The notes under the pieces: generated by a model | What the model saw: the letters and a program-made list of their open reading frames with translations, nothing else | Told to the model about the DNA's origin: nothing | Database searches by the model: none | DNA from: Clostridia bacterium | GTDB taxonomy: Bacteria > Bacillota > Clostridia > Oscillospirales > CAG-272 | DNA: 64,000 bases | Assembly: GCA_017387685.1 (NCBI GenBank) | Contig: JAFOEU010000055.1 | Location: 89,989-153,988, forward strand | Direction of reading: 5' to 3' | Position numbers and translations under genes: made by a program | Part shown: positions 8,403 through 17,144 of the stretch, one piece after another | Layout: every line of letters starts with the position of its first letter | How positions within the stretch are numbered: the first letter of the stretch is position 1

Positions 8403-8517
8403 GCGCGATATGCCTTCGGCACGATATATCCGCTTCGCGGATACGATATACCTGAAGGCACGATATATTTCGCAGAAGCGAAATGTTAAGGTAAATTTCC
8501 GCCAAGGCGGAAATTTT
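8403..8517 (+). repeat. repeat arm variant: ACGATATAT word + mini-hairpin units ending in TTAAGGTAAATTTCCGCC-AA-GGCGGAAATTTT
   Basis: The units are GCCTTCGGC, CCGCTTCGCGG, CCTGAAGGC and TTCGCAGAAGCGAA, each preceded by a CGATATA word. The junction hairpin lies at 8486-8517. Confidence 0.8.
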
Positions 8518-8538
8518 CCGATTTTATATCAAAAAAGG

Positions 8539-8568
8539 TTTGACTTTTGCCCGAAAATGTTATATAAT
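8539..8568 (+). promoter_or_regulatory. sigma-A type promoter of araB
   Basis: TTGACT, a 17-18 nt spacer, then TATAAT. The near-palindrome GTATAAATATATAC (8574-8587) downstream could be an operator. Confidence 0.55.
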
Positions 8569-8607
8569 TATTCTGTATAAATATATACTTTTAAAAGGAC
8601 CAAAACT

Positions 8608-10263
8608 ATGAAAAAATATACCGTTGGAATAGATTTCGGAACGCTTTCGGGCAGAGCTGTGCTCGTTGACGTTATGACGGGCGAGGAGTGCGCAAGCGTC
8701 GTGATGGACTACCCTCACGCCGTCATCGACAGCATCCTTCCCGCGAGCGGTGAGGTGCTCCCGATCAATTGGGCACTCGAAGACCCGCGCGATTATCTCG
8801 CAGTTCTCGAATTTCTTTTCCCCGCGCTCTGCCGCGAGGCGGGCATCGAAAAGGAGCAGATCGTCGGTGTCGGCATCGACTTCACCTGCTGTACGATCCT
8901 TCCGATCAAAAAAGACGGCACCGCGCTCGTTTCTCTGCCCGAGTTTGAGCAGAATAAGCACGCCTACGTCAAGCTCTGGAAGCATCACGCCTCCCAGCCG
9001 TGGGCGGACCGTATGAACGAGGTTGCCGCAGAGCGAGGCGAGACCTTCGTCAATTATTTTGGCGGTAAGATATCGAGCGAATGGCTCTTCCCGAAGCTTC
9101 TCCAAACCGCAAAGGAAGCCCCCGAGGTCATAGAGGCGGCTGATTACTATATCGAGGCGGGAGATTGGCTCAATTTCTTGCTCACCGGCGTGCAGAAGCG
9201 CGGATATCTTTTCGCGTCCTACAAGGCGGAGTATCTGCCGGACGTCGGATACCCCTCCGACGAATATCTCGCGGCGGTCGATCCCGAGCTACCCGAGCTC
9301 GCGCACCGTCTGCTTGACGCCCCCATCGCGCAGATGGGCGAGTGCGTCGGTCGCGTTACCAAAGAGGCGGCTGAAAGATTCGGTCTTGCCGAGGGTACTG
9401 CCGTTGCCGCGTCGATCCCCGATGCCCACGTTGCCGCCCCCGCTGTTGGACTGACCAAGCCCGGCGATATTTACGGCATTTTCGGCACTTCCAATTGCTA
9501 TTTTACACTTGCTGATATTTACAGAGATATTGGCGGAATCTGCGGATACGTTCCCGACGGTCTTATGCCGGGTTACTTCGGCGTTGAAGCGGGACTTTGC
9601 GCCGTAGGCGACCATTTTGCGTGGGTTGTGGACAATCTTGCAACCGCAGAGGACAAGGCGGAAGCCGAGCAGCTCGGAATTCCCGTCATTCAGCTCCTCG
9701 TCCGCCGCGCGGCAAAGAAAAAGCCGGGCGAAACCGGACTTCTCGCCCTCGACTGGTGGAACGGAAACCGAAACATCCTCGTTGACGGCAATCTGACGGG
9801 ACTTTTGATCGGTATGACGCTCCGCACCAAGACCGATGATATCCTCCGCGCCCTTATTGAGGCGACCGCGTTTGCGACCAAGGTCATCATCGACCGTATG
9901 GAGGAATGCGGAATGAAGATCGACAGCCTCATCGCCGCGGGCGGAATCGCGCGCAAGGACGCATTTACGATGCAGGTCTACTCCGACGTCCTCGGCATCC
10001 CGATCAATGTAATTTCCTCAAAACAGGCTCCCGCACTCGGCAGTGCTATCTACGCCGCCGTTGCCGCAGGCGAATACCCCGACATTTTTGCCGCCTCCGA
10101 CGCTATGAAGAGCCCGATCTACAGCAGTTATACCCCCAATAAAGAGAACGAAAAGGTCTACTCCGCACTCTACCGCGAATACCTCACCCTTCACGACTAT
10201 TTCGGTCGCGGCGGGAACGACGTTATGAAGCGTTTGCTTAAGATCTCGCAGGGGGAGATTTAA
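8608..10263 (+). CDS. araB: FGGY-family sugar kinase, most likely L-ribulokinase
   Basis: The N-terminus GIDFGTLSGRAVLV and the 551-aa length match ribulokinases as I remember them. Confidence 0.75.
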   Translation: MKKYTVGIDFGTLSGRAVLVDVMTGEECASVVMDYPHAVIDSILPASGEVLPINWALEDPRDYLAVLEFLFPALCREAGIEKEQIVGVGIDFTCCTILPIKKDGTALVSLPEFEQNKHAYVKLWKHHASQPWADRMNEVAAERGETFVNYFGGKISSEWLFPKLLQTAKEAPEVIEAADYYIEAGDWLNFLLTGVQKRGYLFASYKAEYLPDVGYPSDEYLAAVDPELPELAHRLLDAPIAQMGECVGRVTKEAAERFGLAEGTAVAASIPDAHVAAPAVGLTKPGDIYGIFGTSNCYFTLADIYRDIGGICGYVPDGLMPGYFGVEAGLCAVGDHFAWVVDNLATAEDKAEAEQLGIPVIQLLVRRAAKKKPGETGLLALDWWNGNRNILVDGNLTGLLIGMTLRTKTDDILRALIEATAFATKVIIDRMEECGMKIDSLIAAGGIARKDAFTMQVYSDVLGIPINVISSKQAPALGSAIYAAVAAGEYPDIFAASDAMKSPIYSSYTPNKENEKVYSALYREYLTLHDYFGRGGNDVMKRLLKISQGEI

Positions 10264-10325
10264 GTGGCTAGTGACTAGTGGCTAGTGACTAGTGAAGGTG
10301 AATTTTCGCCAAAGGCGAAAATTTT
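10264..10325 (+). repeat. repeat arm: GTGGCTA/GTGACTA heptamers + AAGGTGAATTTTCGCC-AAA-GGCGAAAATTTT
   Basis: The arm starts on the nucleotide after the araB stop. It has five heptamers and then the junction hairpin. Confidence 0.85.
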
Positions 10326-10422
10326 CCGAATTAATTAATATACAAGTGCGAACATAGGCGCACTTGTATAGTACGAGTTACTATTTAACAAACGCATACA
10401 CCACCTTTCAAGGAGGATCATA

Positions 10423-10782
10423 ATGAAAAAACTCCCCCGCGAATCGGGCGTCGTGGTCGCTTGCGATTACAAAAAGATGCTTGCAATTCTGGATCATATC
10501 TTTTTCGATATATTTGACTCCAACGACAATTGCCTCGCCGCACTTTTGGGTGCTTGGTCACTCGACGTTATGTCCGACGGTGCGCCCGCCGATCTCGGTG
10601 ACTATGAAATCTGGCTCGAGTGCGAGTCGGAAAACAAGGATGCAGACGTCCGCACAAAAACTCTCGCCTTCCTCAACCGTTTCATTGAAACCTTCGGCTT
10701 CGATGAACTCAACAGCACCGTCGAAGAAGTGAAAAAACTCCCCGACACTCAAATCAAAATCCTGACCGAAAATATCAAATAA
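10423..10782 (+). CDS. hypothetical acidic 119-aa protein
   Basis: Strong RBS AAGGAGG. I recognise no motif. The gene is bracketed by two repeat arms. Confidence 0.55.
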   Translation: MKKLPRESGVVVACDYKKMLAILDHIFFDIFDSNDNCLAALLGAWSLDVMSDGAPADLGDYEIWLECESENKDADVRTKTLAFLNRFIETFGFDELNSTVEEVKKLPDTQIKILTENIK

Positions 10783-10786
10783 AATA

Positions 10787-10861
10787 CTTTTCGCCCACGG
10801 CGAAAAGTTACCATACCTTTTCCCTTTTCCCTTTTCCCTTTAACCTTTCCCCTCTTTCCCC
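10787..10861 (-). repeat. repeat arm (reverse orientation): hairpin CTTTTCGCC-CAC-GGCGAAAAG + GTTACC + CCTTTTC heptamers
   Basis: Heptamers occupy 10816-10861. The arm ends 10 nt before the ATG at 10872. Confidence 0.8.
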
Positions 10862-10871
10862 ATTTCAAACA

Positions 10872-11939
10872 ATGAACACCCTCAAAAAATACCTAAAGCG
10901 CTACTTCATCACCGCCATGTCCGCTATGGCGCAGGGACTTTTTGCCTCGCTTCTGATCGGAACGATTTTTAAAGCGCTCGGAATGATACCGCATCTCGGC
11001 GTGCTTGCCGATATCGGTGCATTTGCGCAGGCTGTCGCGGGTCCCGCGATGGCGGCGGCTATTGCTTTCGCGCTGAAATGTGATCCCCTTGTCATATTCT
11101 CTGCGGCGGCTGTCGGTTATGCCGCAAACGCGCAGGGCGGCGCGGGCGGTCCGCTTGCCGTGTTCTTCATCGCGATCATCGCGGTTGAGCTCGGTCAGCT
11201 CGTTTCAAAAAAGACAAAAGTCGATATCATCGTCACGCCCTTTGTGACGCTCCTCGTCGGCGGACTGCTTTCCGTGTTCGTCGCGCCCTCGATCGGCACG
11301 CTTGTCGGCTACGTCAGCACCTTCATCGGATGGGCGGCGACTCAGGCACCCTTCTTCACGGGACTTGCGGTTTCCGTCGTTATGGGAATCGCGCTGACAC
11401 TCCCGATTTCGTCTGCCGCAATCTGCGCGGGACTTGTCCTGACGGGTAGCATCGTTGCAGTAGGCTCGTCCGAGGGACTCGCAATCGCCGGCGGCGCGGC
11501 TGTTGCCGGATGCTGTGCGCAGATGGTGGGCTTTGCCGTCATCTCCTACCGCGACAACGGCGTCGGCGGTCTGCTCTCTCAGGGCATCGGCACAAGTATG
11601 CTCCAGATGCCTAATATAATAAGGAAGCCAATTATCTGGCTGCCCCCCATCATCGCCTCGGCGGTGACGGGACCGCTCGCGACCTGCACCTTCTCTATGA
11701 AAATGTACGGCGCGGCGATCAACTCGGGAATGGGCACTTGCGGTCTGCTCGGTCCTGTCGGTATCGTCCTCGGTTGGCTCGATCCCGCAAACGGATATCC
11801 GAGCGAGGTCGGAGCACTCGACTGGATAGGTCTTGCGCTCATCTGCTTCATTCTCCCCGCAGCTATTTCATACATTGTGTACATTCCGATGCGCCGTTTC
11901 GGTCTGATCAAGGACGGCGATATGAAGCTCGATAAATAA
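10872..11939 (+). CDS. PTS EIIC-domain membrane protein (PfoR / COG3641-like)
   Basis: A polytopic, Gly/Ala-rich 355-aa protein. The MGTSMLQMPNI region resembles the PfoR-type EIIC family from memory. There is no clear SD, and the start is preceded by the repeat arm. Confidence 0.55.
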   Translation: MNTLKKYLKRYFITAMSAMAQGLFASLLIGTIFKALGMIPHLGVLADIGAFAQAVAGPAMAAAIAFALKCDPLVIFSAAAVGYAANAQGGAGGPLAVFFIAIIAVELGQLVSKKTKVDIIVTPFVTLLVGGLLSVFVAPSIGTLVGYVSTFIGWAATQAPFFTGLAVSVVMGIALTLPISSAAICAGLVLTGSIVAVGSSEGLAIAGGAAVAGCCAQMVGFAVISYRDNGVGGLLSQGIGTSMLQMPNIIRKPIIWLPPIIASAVTGPLATCTFSMKMYGAAINSGMGTCGLLGPVGIVLGWLDPANGYPSEVGALDWIGLALICFILPAAISYIVYIPMRRFGLIKDGDMKLDK

Positions 11940-11954
11940 GAAAGGAATTTTATT

Positions 11955-12725
11955 ATGGCTGAAGATTACATCTACGATGATTACGAAGAAGAAGGCCCAC
12001 CCGCCCCGCTTTTCTGGAGGATACTCGGTAAGGTCATCAAATACTCTTTCATAGCTCTCATCGTTTTCATAAACGCATTTCTTCTCTGGCGCGTGCTTTT
12101 CTCGACCAACGAGCCGAGCGCGATCAAGACGGTCGCGGGCAATTCCTCGCTTGCGGCGGCTTGGGAGCAGTACGGCGGCGATGGATTTGCCCGTTATCAG
12201 GCGGAGCAGGACAATATCGCCACCGACGAGGACTGGCACGATCAGTTCGAGCTTGCAGAAGGCGAGATCAAAAAGAACGAATTCGCACAGTTTTTCCTGA
12301 CCGACGTCGTTTTCTTCCCCCGTGCGAATCAGACGCAGATCGTTCTGCGATATAACAAGAGCCTTCTCCCCCACATCGCGAAGGACTACGAGCTTGATGA
12401 AATTCCCGGCAAGAAGGACGATCTCTTTGACGTTACCCTTGTTGTTTATTACAAGAACGAGGAAGGCGACACAAAAAAGACTCGTATTGCATCAAACCTC
12501 GCCGAAATGGACACCACCTCGCTCTACACCTTCCGTCAGTACTATTTTGAGTCGATACCCGAGTTTTCGAGTATCAACAAGATGCAGGTGGAAATATACT
12601 ATAAGGGCGACGTTGATTATGGCGCAAAGCCCTATTCGGTAATCGAAATTTATGACAAGCTGCTCGAGCTGCAGAATTATCCCCTCGACAGTAAGGATAT
12701 CGCCGCTATCGAAGGCGCGAAATAA
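11955..12725 (+). CDS. membrane-anchored hypothetical protein
   Basis: Acidic N-terminus followed by one TM helix (YSFIALIVFINAFLLW). The RBS is AAAGGA. Confidence 0.55.
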   Translation: MAEDYIYDDYEEEGPPAPLFWRILGKVIKYSFIALIVFINAFLLWRVLFSTNEPSAIKTVAGNSSLAAAWEQYGGDGFARYQAEQDNIATDEDWHDQFELAEGEIKKNEFAQFFLTDVVFFPRANQTQIVLRYNKSLLPHIAKDYELDEIPGKKDDLFDVTLVVYYKNEEGDTKKTRIASNLAEMDTTSLYTFRQYYFESIPEFSSINKMQVEIYYKGDVDYGAKPYSVIEIYDKLLELQNYPLDSKDIAAIEGAK

Positions 12726-12734
12726 GGAGTCAAT

Positions 12735-13583
12735 ATGCATATTAATATCAATATCGGTACAAGTGAAAAGGATTTCAACACCGAAAAGAAGAAAAAGCTC
12801 ACACCCGAGCAGAAGACGAAGATCAAAAATGCGGTAAAATCGGGTTATGGAAAGCTCCGCGTTGCCGCGGGCAGACTTTATTCGACCGTTGAGGACAAGG
12901 TCTTTGACGGCAGATGCTTCCTCTCCGAGCTGAAAGAGGGGATCCTTGAAGACGTTGCTGCCGTCCGTGAGCGAGACCCCGCGGCGAGAAGCGACATTGA
13001 GGTCATGCTTCTCTATTCGGGCGTTCACGCGATGCTCGCATACCGCGTGGCGCATAAGCTTTACGTCAATGAAAAATTTCTCCCCGCGAGAGCGGTTTCA
13101 CAGCTTGCGCGATTCCTGACGGGAATTGAGATCCACCCCGGCGCGCAGATCGGTAAGCGACTTATGATCGACCACGGCTCGGGCGTCGTAATCGGCGAGA
13201 CCTGCATCATCGGCGACGATTGCACGATCTATCAGGGCGTAACCCTCGGCGGTACGGGTAAGGACACGGGCAAGCGACACCCCACACTCGGCAATAATGT
13301 AATGGTCGGCTCGGGCGCAAAGGTCCTCGGACCGTTCAAGATCGGCGACGGCGCGAAGATCGCGGCGGGCGCGGTGGTACTCAAAGAGATCCCCGCGGGC
13401 GCGACTGCAGTCGGCATCCCCGCGAAGGTAGTGCGCCGCAAGGGCGAACGCGTTGAGGAACAGCTCGACCAGATCCACATCCCCGACCCCGTATCGCAGC
13501 AACTCGGAGAGCTTGAGGCGAAGATAGCTGAACTTAAGAGCGAGATCGAGGAGCTCAAGAAGGGCGAGGAAAGTGCAGAGTGA
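12735..13583 (+). CDS. cysE: serine O-acetyltransferase with N- and C-terminal extensions
   Basis: RERDPAARS and hexapeptide repeats (IHPGAQIGKRLMIDHGSGVVIGETCIIGDDCTIYQGVTLGG). The RBS is AAGGAG. The last codons and the stop lie inside the heptamer repeat. Confidence 0.88.
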   Translation: MHININIGTSEKDFNTEKKKKLTPEQKTKIKNAVKSGYGKLRVAAGRLYSTVEDKVFDGRCFLSELKEGILEDVAAVRERDPAARSDIEVMLLYSGVHAMLAYRVAHKLYVNEKFLPARAVSQLARFLTGIEIHPGAQIGKRLMIDHGSGVVIGETCIIGDDCTIYQGVTLGGTGKDTGKRHPTLGNNVMVGSGAKVLGPFKIGDGAKIAAGAVVLKEIPAGATAVGIPAKVVRRKGERVEEQLDQIHIPDPVSQQLGELEAKIAELKSEIEELKKGEESAE

Positions 13584-13741
13584 AGAGTGCAGAATGCAGA
13601 GTTAAGGAGAATTTCCTTGCCTGCGGCTGCGGAAATTTTCAATTCTGATATAAACTCAACTCAAACTTTATAATAAAATTATTTTTCGCTTCAGCGAAAA
13701 ATTACCGTAACTCTGCACTCTGCACTCTGCATTCTGCACTG
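13573..13741. repeat. complete foldback element (GTGCAGA arms) between cysE and the GDPD gene
   Basis: Left heptamers lie at 13573-13607 with a hairpin to 13640. The right hairpin is at 13681-13703 and CTCTGCA heptamers at 13711-13741. Confidence 0.85.
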
Positions 13742-13807
13742 TTATGCTCAACAAAATCAAGAAAAACAAATTAAAATACAAAATACATCCGAAAGGAAAC
13801 AAAGAAA

Positions 13808-14554
13808 ATGGCAAAGACACTTACAGAACGCACACTCATCATCGCGCACCGCGGTGCTTCCGCTTACGCGCCCGAAAACACCATGCCCGCTTACGAGCTC
13901 GCAGCTAAAATGAAGGCTGACGGTATCGAAACCGACGTTCACTTCACCGCTGACGGCAAGATCGTAACCCTCCATGATGAAAAGATCGACCGTACCTCCA
14001 ACGGTCAGGGTCTCGTTACCGAGTACACCTACGAGGAGCTTCTTAACTTCGACTTCGGCCGCAAGTTCTCCCCCGACTTCAAGGGCACCAAGCTTCCCCT
14101 TATGGAAGACCTCTTCAACCTCTGCCGCGAGAACAATATGGTTTGTAACGTAGAGATCAAGTCCGCTGACCCCAAGATGCCCGCGGCTCTCCACGCTCTC
14201 GCAGAGAAGACCGGTATGCTCGATCTCGTTATCTACTCCTCCTTCGACCACGCTCAGCTCGAGCGTATGCTTGAGGTTAATCCCAAGGCGTTCGTAGCTC
14301 CCCTTTACAGCTTCAATATGGTCAAGCCTTGGGACTACGCTGAGAATATCGGCGCGCTTGCTTCCCACCCCAAGCACAACCAGCTCAAGCTTTACCCGAG
14401 CTACGTTGAGAAGTGCCACGAAAAGGGCATCCGCGTTCATCCTTGGACCGTTGACGATCCCGAGATCGCACAGTGGCTCGCAGACGTTGGCTGTGATGCA
14501 GTTATCACCAACAAGCCCGACCTCATGCGCGAGGTTTACGGTCTTACCGACTAA
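13808..14554 (+). CDS. glycerophosphodiester phosphodiesterase
   Basis: IAHRGASAYAPENTMPAY and ETDVHFTADGKIVTLHD are GDPD motifs. Confidence 0.85.
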   Translation: MAKTLTERTLIIAHRGASAYAPENTMPAYELAAKMKADGIETDVHFTADGKIVTLHDEKIDRTSNGQGLVTEYTYEELLNFDFGRKFSPDFKGTKLPLMEDLFNLCRENNMVCNVEIKSADPKMPAALHALAEKTGMLDLVIYSSFDHAQLERMLEVNPKAFVAPLYSFNMVKPWDYAENIGALASHPKHNQLKLYPSYVEKCHEKGIRVHPWTVDDPEIAQWLADVGCDAVITNKPDLMREVYGLTD

Positions 14555-14561
14555 TTTCTGA

Positions 14562-15584
14562 ATGAAAGAGATCATCACCGAGGCGCAGTTCCGCCGAAAT
14601 ATAAAAACGCCCGATGCGGCTTACATATTCTTCGGCGACGAGGATTACCTCAAGGGTAACGCGCTCTCGGTGGCGAAGAGTGAGCTTGTATCCCCCGAGG
14701 CGGAGATGTTTGACTACGTTCGCATCGAGCAGGCGGATTTTTCGCCCGAAAGCGTATCCGCCGCGCTCGCCGCGCCCCCGATGTTCGGGGAATACAGGCT
14801 CGTTGTCGCGTCCCTCGCCTTCACCGACCTCCGTGCCGCCGAGATAAACGCGCTTTGTGAGATCCTCGGCTCGCTCGAGGGGGAATCGGGCAACGTGTTC
14901 ATCATCTCGATTCCCGCGGGCGGTATCAACGTCGGAACGCCGAAAAAGATATCCTCGGAGCTCAAAAAGCTCTGCGAATATGCGCAAGGCGTGCGGTTTG
15001 ACCGCGTTCCCGCGGGCAAGCTTGCGGGATGGTGCGCTCGCCACTTCAAGGAAAACGGAGTTGACGCCGATGCGCGCGTCTGCGCCGCAACCGTTGATTT
15101 TTGCGGTACCGATATGTTCACCCTCGCCTCCGAGATCGACAAGATCTCCTATCTCGTTCTCGCGAGAGGACGGAAGGCGGTAATGGAGGACGACATTCGC
15201 GAGGCGGCGTGCGCTACCGAGGAATTCGATTCCTTCGCGCTTGCAAATGCCATCCTTGCGCGGAATATCCCGACCGCACTTGCCGTTCTTGACAAGATGA
15301 AGGCGGAAAAAGCCGAGCCCGTCCGTATTATGGCGGAGCTCATCCGCGTTATCTGCGATATGAATACGATCCTCGCCTGCCAGACGGCGGGTATGAATCA
15401 GAACGATATCGCCGCTGCAACGGGCATCAAGCCCTATCCGCTGGCGAAATACATCGGAGCGATGAAGAATATCGGCGCCGACGCCCTCACGCGCACGCTC
15501 GACCTCTGCACCGCCGCCGATGCGCAGACCAAAGGCTACGGCAAAGGCTACGTTCCGATCGAGCAGCTTATTTGTTCGATATAA
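14562..15584 (+). CDS. holA: DNA polymerase III delta subunit
   Basis: The 340-aa length and the N-terminal YIFFGDEDYLK region are typical of HolA. The SD is weak. Confidence 0.75.
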   Translation: MKEIITEAQFRRNIKTPDAAYIFFGDEDYLKGNALSVAKSELVSPEAEMFDYVRIEQADFSPESVSAALAAPPMFGEYRLVVASLAFTDLRAAEINALCEILGSLEGESGNVFIISIPAGGINVGTPKKISSELKKLCEYAQGVRFDRVPAGKLAGWCARHFKENGVDADARVCAATVDFCGTDMFTLASEIDKISYLVLARGRKAVMEDDIREAACATEEFDSFALANAILARNIPTALAVLDKMKAEKAEPVRIMAELIRVICDMNTILACQTAGMNQNDIAAATGIKPYPLAKYIGAMKNIGADALTRTLDLCTAADAQTKGYGKGYVPIEQLICSI

Positions 15585-15635
15585 AAAAACACTACCCTCA
15601 GCGCCTCGTTCACGACGCTAAGGGTAGTGTTTTTC
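15585..15635. terminator. bidirectional terminator between holA and the mgtC-like gene
   Basis: AAAAAACACTACCCTCAGCG...CGCTAAGGGTAGTGTTTTT. Confidence 0.8.
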
Positions 15636-15647
15636 ATTAGGTGGGTC

Positions 15648-16328
15648 CTAATACTGCACGGGGAGCGCCACAACGACGTCCTCGTTTTCCCCGGAGACCA
15701 AAAGGAGGGACTCGTAATCCTCGGGGGTTTTGAATTTGAATTCGAGACCGATATGATTGGCGATTCCGCTTTTCGCCGGCACAATATCTATCTTTTCAGC
15801 GTATTGCTTGGCAATTACGCAGAATTCCTTTGTTTTTGCCGAGTCAAAAAGCTCGACGTAGCAATAGTTAGTTTCTGTTTTCTTCGACTTCTTTTCAAGA
15901 TGGATAAAGAGCGTGATCGTAAGAAAAACTACTAAAAATGCCATAATGGCGGCTATGTAAAATCCGATTCCGATGGCAAGACCGATGCTTCCGGTTGCCC
16001 AAAGACCGGCGGCGGTGGTAAGTCCCGTGACTTGAGAGCGATTGCGCACGATGATCGTTCCGACGCCGAGGAATCCGATACCCGATATTACCTGCGCACC
16101 GACACGGAGCGGATCGGCGGTAAATCCGAGCACGCCTACCTCGTATATACCCGTCATAGCGGCTATACACGCACCGACGCAAACGAGAATGTGGGTGCGA
16201 AGACCCGCGGCGCGACCGTGGTATCCGCGCTCCATACCGATACAACCGCCGACGAGAAGCGCCAAGAGGATTCGAACCGGTACGCTTATAATATTAAGCT
16301 CTGTAAGAGTTTCGATGATTTCTTCCAA
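15648..16328 (-). CDS. MgtC/SapB family membrane protein
   Basis: GMERGYHGRAAGLRTHILVCVGA. The start is TTG with a GAGGA RBS inside the end of the upstream gene. Confidence 0.8.
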   Translation of the reverse strand: MEEIIETLTELNIISVPVRILLALLVGGCIGMERGYHGRAAGLRTHILVCVGACIAAMTGIYEVGVLGFTADPLRVGAQVISGIGFLGVGTIIVRNRSQVTGLTTAAGLWATGSIGLAIGIGFYIAAIMAFLVVFLTITLFIHLEKKSKKTETNYCYVELFDSAKTKEFCVIAKQYAEKIDIVPAKSGIANHIGLEFKFKTPEDYESLLLVSGENEDVVVALPVQY

Positions 16329-16334
16329 AGGATG

Positions 16335-16952
16335 TTATTCCTCACTTTCGATGTTGATCGGTACAAATTCGTGACCATCCGTTGCGTGATTTCCCCAAGC
16401 AAAGAACCAAGTCATAAATATAAGGCTTGCCAAAATGGTAAACACGTAGCTCGCCATACTTGTTATCTGTAAAAAGCCGTAGCAGAAAGTCGAATATATT
16501 ACAAAAATTGTAGTACTGATAGCAAATATTCTGAAATCGTATGTTGCTATCAGTGAAAGACCAACGAGGAATAGCATCAGCCCCGAAAGCTCGCCGATCT
16601 CCTCGCCAAACCAAAGATGGTTGCCCCAAAATATTGAAAGAAGGAAGAATACCATTCCAAAAACCAACATCAATGCGCCCGCAACCGTTTTCGGCTTGAA
16701 GTTGAGAGTAAGCTGGGGAATTATCTCAGCGGGCGGCTCTTTTTTTATTTCGGGCTTTTTTCCGAAAACGAGCTCGTCAAGTGAGATCTCAAAAAGCTCG
16801 CTCATTTTGATGATTCTATCCAGATCCGGAACAGCGGAATTGTTTTCCCATTTGGAAACCGACTGTCTTGAAACGTCGAGCGCGTTTGCAAGATCGGTTT
16901 GTGACATCGATTTTTTCGTTCGACAGTTATATATATTTTCGCCTAAATTCAT
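16335..16952 (-). CDS. XRE-family HTH regulator fused to a membrane domain
   Basis: HTH MSQTDLANALDVSRQSVSKWENNSAVP followed by about 4 hydrophobic helices. Trimmed to the ATG at 16952, which has a GGAGG RBS. Confidence 0.8.
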   Translation of the reverse strand: MNLGENIYNCRTKKSMSQTDLANALDVSRQSVSKWENNSAVPDLDRIIKMSELFEISLDELVFGKKPEIKKEPPAEIIPQLTLNFKPKTVAGALMLVFGMVFFLLSIFWGNHLWFGEEIGELSGLMLFLVGLSLIATYDFRIFAISTTIFVIYSTFCYGFLQITSMASYVFTILASLIFMTWFFAWGNHATDGHEFVPINIESEE

Positions 16953-17144
16953 TATTGCCTCCGTGAGGATCATTTTACTGCATATATTATACCACTATTT
17001 TGGTGTAAAGTCTACCAACCACGCTTGAAAATTTAGCAACCGGCGGTTTACATAGCTCAAAATCATAGTATTTTAGGCTAAAACCCTTGACTTTTTGCTA
17101 TAGGAGTGGTAGAATTATAAAAAATCGGTCACGGAGGCGAGACT

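Noticed and set aside
16268-16278. GGTTCGAATCC (a tRNA T-loop-like word, minus strand)
   Set aside because: The flanks do not form a T-stem or an acceptor stem, and the sequence lies in frame inside the MgtC-family CDS (VPVRILLALL). No tRNA, rRNA, tmRNA or RNase P-like sequence was recognised anywhere in the window by eye, although a tRNAscan or Infernal run was not possible.
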